A stretch of DNA of 63,997 bases, the filler included, from Octopus bimaculoides (taxonomy: Eukaryota), in NCBI RefSeq assembly GCF_001194135.2. It is 4 parts of 4 records of this genome, joined end to end, with 100 filler letters (N's around TTAATTAATTAA, not from the genome) between each part and the next. Parts side by side here need not be neighbours in the genome. Positions count along the whole stretch, not along the records: positions 56,310 to 63,997 come from NC_068999.1; 3 more parts are not named here. One strand, given 5' to 3'. Shown here one piece after another: positions 61,703 to 63,997 of the stretch. The first letter of the stretch is position 1; every line of letters begins with the position of its first letter. The notes beneath the pieces are model-generated. The model saw only the letters and a program-made list of their open reading frames with translations, searched no databases and was not told the DNA's origin. The translations under genes were made by a program, and so were the position numbers.

Positions 61703-62830
61703 CAACTCAAATATATTATTGGTGTATAAAGAAGACATTCCTTCACATGTAGCTTGTATTCCGTGTTTGGTGAATTTTTTCATGCAGTAAAGTTGATAAG
61801 ATTGGAAAAAATGTTACTATTACTTTTAGCAGAGGTGGTAGTCAGGTGGAGACTCGTTCAGGCTTGGCTTTTGGGGCCTCTGAGGCTTCAGAGTAGATCA
61901 GTTGTTTGAGTTAATGAATCAATGTTGTTACCATTTGAGATTGTTTGACAGGCAAGTTGTTATTTCATTGAAGTTCCACCTTCGATTGTTTGCGAATCTT
62001 TATTCTAATTAAATCAACAGAATATAAAATTAGAACGCGAAAATTTTGGTTAAATTATCATCTGCAACAGTTTCTGAGATGTATTTGATTCCCAAAAGAA
62101 AACATTATATTCAATTTTTGTTTTGTTTAAATAAACACGCGAGAAGAAAATTGTATCACTGTCCCTCTTAAATCCCCACATGGGAAACTCTGTGAAGCAG
62201 CAACTTATATTAGATGCAAACATTTCAACGAAATTAACACAAGGGTGACTTTTGTTTTAAGATTCTTTCTATAAACCAAGTGATGAGAATATTTTATAAG
62301 GCCCAAACTCTCACTTCGTATTTCCTTTAATCTACACCAACAAATATACGAATTAAAATGACTTAAAACATCCACTAATTCTTTGGCAAGTCAACACCAG
62401 TCTCTATTTCTACTACCGAGTCTTCAACAAAACCTTCCAAATATTATTGCCCAACTTTCGCAAATGTCGAAAAAATAAATATTTATTTCTAACTTGTTTG
62501 ACAAGGAAGAGAATTCTCTTAGTAGAATCCGTGTTACTACGATTGTTTTACGTCAATGAAAGGAATAAAAATATCTTCATGCATTTATTTGATTAAATTT
62601 TCGTTCGTTTAAATTTGCTTTACATCATAGAATCCTAATCATCCGTATAATATAACTATTTCGATCTTTGAGGACCTCTTCTGTACGAAGTGGTTAAAAT
62701 GCTAGGGGCTATAATGAACATTTCCGCAGGAAAAGGAAAACTACCGAGGCATAAAGTGAACGTATTCTTTTTAGAATAAAGGTGTTTCTACTGTGAGGAG
62801 ACTGAGAGATAGAGTAGTAGTAGTAGTAGT

Positions 62831-62879
<49 letters not shown>

Positions 62880-63997
62880 NNNNNNNNNNNNNNNNNNNNN
62901 NNNNNNNNNNNNNNNNNNNNNNNNNNNNNNNNNNNNNNNNNNNNNNNNNNNNNNNNNNNNNNNNNNNNNNNNNNNNNNNNNNNNNNNNNNNNNNNNNNNN
63001 NNNNNNNNNNNNNNNNNNNNNNNNNNNNNNNNNNNNNNNNNNNNNNNNNNNNNNNNNNNNNNNNNNNNNNNNNNNNNNNNNNNNNNNNNNNNNNNNNNNN
63101 NNNNNNNNNNNNNNNNNNNNNNNNNNNNNNNNNNNNNNNNNNNNNNNNNNNNNNNNNNNNNNNNNNNNNNNNNNNNNNNNNNNNNNNNNNNNNNNNNNNN
63201 NNNNNNNNNNNNNNNNNNNNNNNNNNNNNNNNNNNNNNNNNTATATATATATATATATATCATATTGTATTGTATTTCTAAATCACTCAAAGAGAGATAT
63301 ACAGTAGCAGTAAGTCAGTAAAAGAATCCTCCAAAAGCCTGTTTAGAAAAAACATAGTTCTACCAAACTATAGTTAAAGTATAATTAATGGCGACAAAAA
63401 CAGTATGAATACCCAAAGGCAAGCTGTATGTCCAACCTAACGTTGATGCTGTGTTAGATGACAGAATACTGCATGAGTTACCATAAAAGAAGTTCTGTTA
63501 TAGAGTCATGGTGCATAAAAGCGCCCGTATTTATATCTTGACAGACGAGACCCGTCTGCCACGGCCGCCAGGACTAGGAGGTCACGTGCTTTCGCGCTAC
63601 CTGGGGTCCTCGGTGGCAGACGTCTGGTAATGACGGGGGGGGGGGGGTAATTCATAGAATATATAATGAAAAGGGGGCTACCGGTCGTGAGCGTTGTTAT
63701 TGCTGTTGTCATTGACATTTAGCACTAGGCGAATGAATGAGCACAGAAAAAGAAACGAGAGTTGTAGCTTGAAATTCAGTGTGTGTGAGTACATAGGTAC
63801 CAAACAAATGGAGAAAACGTAAGTGTAATTCCAAGAGTTGAGTCAGACAAGTAGAACATTTTTTGTGTATGTGTGCTTACATAGAAACTATATATATATA
63901 TATGTATGTGTTGCTAATGGTTTTTAACCTAGTATTTACGCGTAGTTATCTACAGCGGTGCATGCTTATAGCGTTATATGCTTTGTAATCCAATATA

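Noticed and set aside
111-63290. Most ORFs in the supplied track (YIYI, CVCV, HTHT, poly-S/L/I/N, or mostly X)
   Set aside because: They are translations of (TA)n, (CA)n, (TAGA)n or trinucleotide microsatellites, or run through N gaps. They have no splice signals or domain content.
63548-63640. HDV-like ribozyme (GGCCGCC start and TCCTCG loop-like word)
   Set aside because: I could not form P3 or P1.1 in the required order on either strand. Only the simple hairpin is supported.

Overview
AT-rich, microsatellite- and SINE-saturated animal genomic DNA. The repeat families look like those of Octopus (inference from recalled repeat sequences, not a database search). About 5.5 kb is N. Three 100-bp artificial linkers (44 N + TTAATTAATTAA + 44 N) split the window into four pieces whose adjacency is not shown by sequence: 1-25280, 25381-49677, 49778-56209 and 56310-63997. 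Nearly all ORFs in the supplied track are microsatellite or N artefacts. Supported host coding sequence is all on the + strand. (1) Four GT-AG, phase-2 exons (29494-29676, 32374-32466, 35173-35298, 36019-36189) splice into one 191-codon frame resembling CCDC117 and HCFC1R1/HPIP; the first and last exons are not identified with certainty. (2) A single-exon 246-aa CD225/dispanin-family membrane protein with no cysteine (54652-55392). (3) One 99-nt cadherin-repeat exon (56858-56956). Mobile DNA includes a full-length dead 1292-bp mariner, a Tc1-like remnant, Tigger- and piggyBac-type MITEs, a Helitron, a Helentron/HINE-type element, RTE LINE fragments and at least three tRNA-derived SINE families. 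The most interesting non-coding signals are minimal type-I hammerhead-ribozyme motifs in Penelope-like repeats (three copies of one family, two of them inverted, plus a second long-stem-II variant), a well-spaced CCAAT/CRE/TATA/Inr promoter with no assigned gene, a CpG-depleted block matching the CCDC117-like contig, a 45-bp palindromic minisatellite and two strong hairpins. No CRISPR, rRNA or true tRNA gene was found. Nothing here is demonstrably a new biological system; the candidates are variants of known classes.
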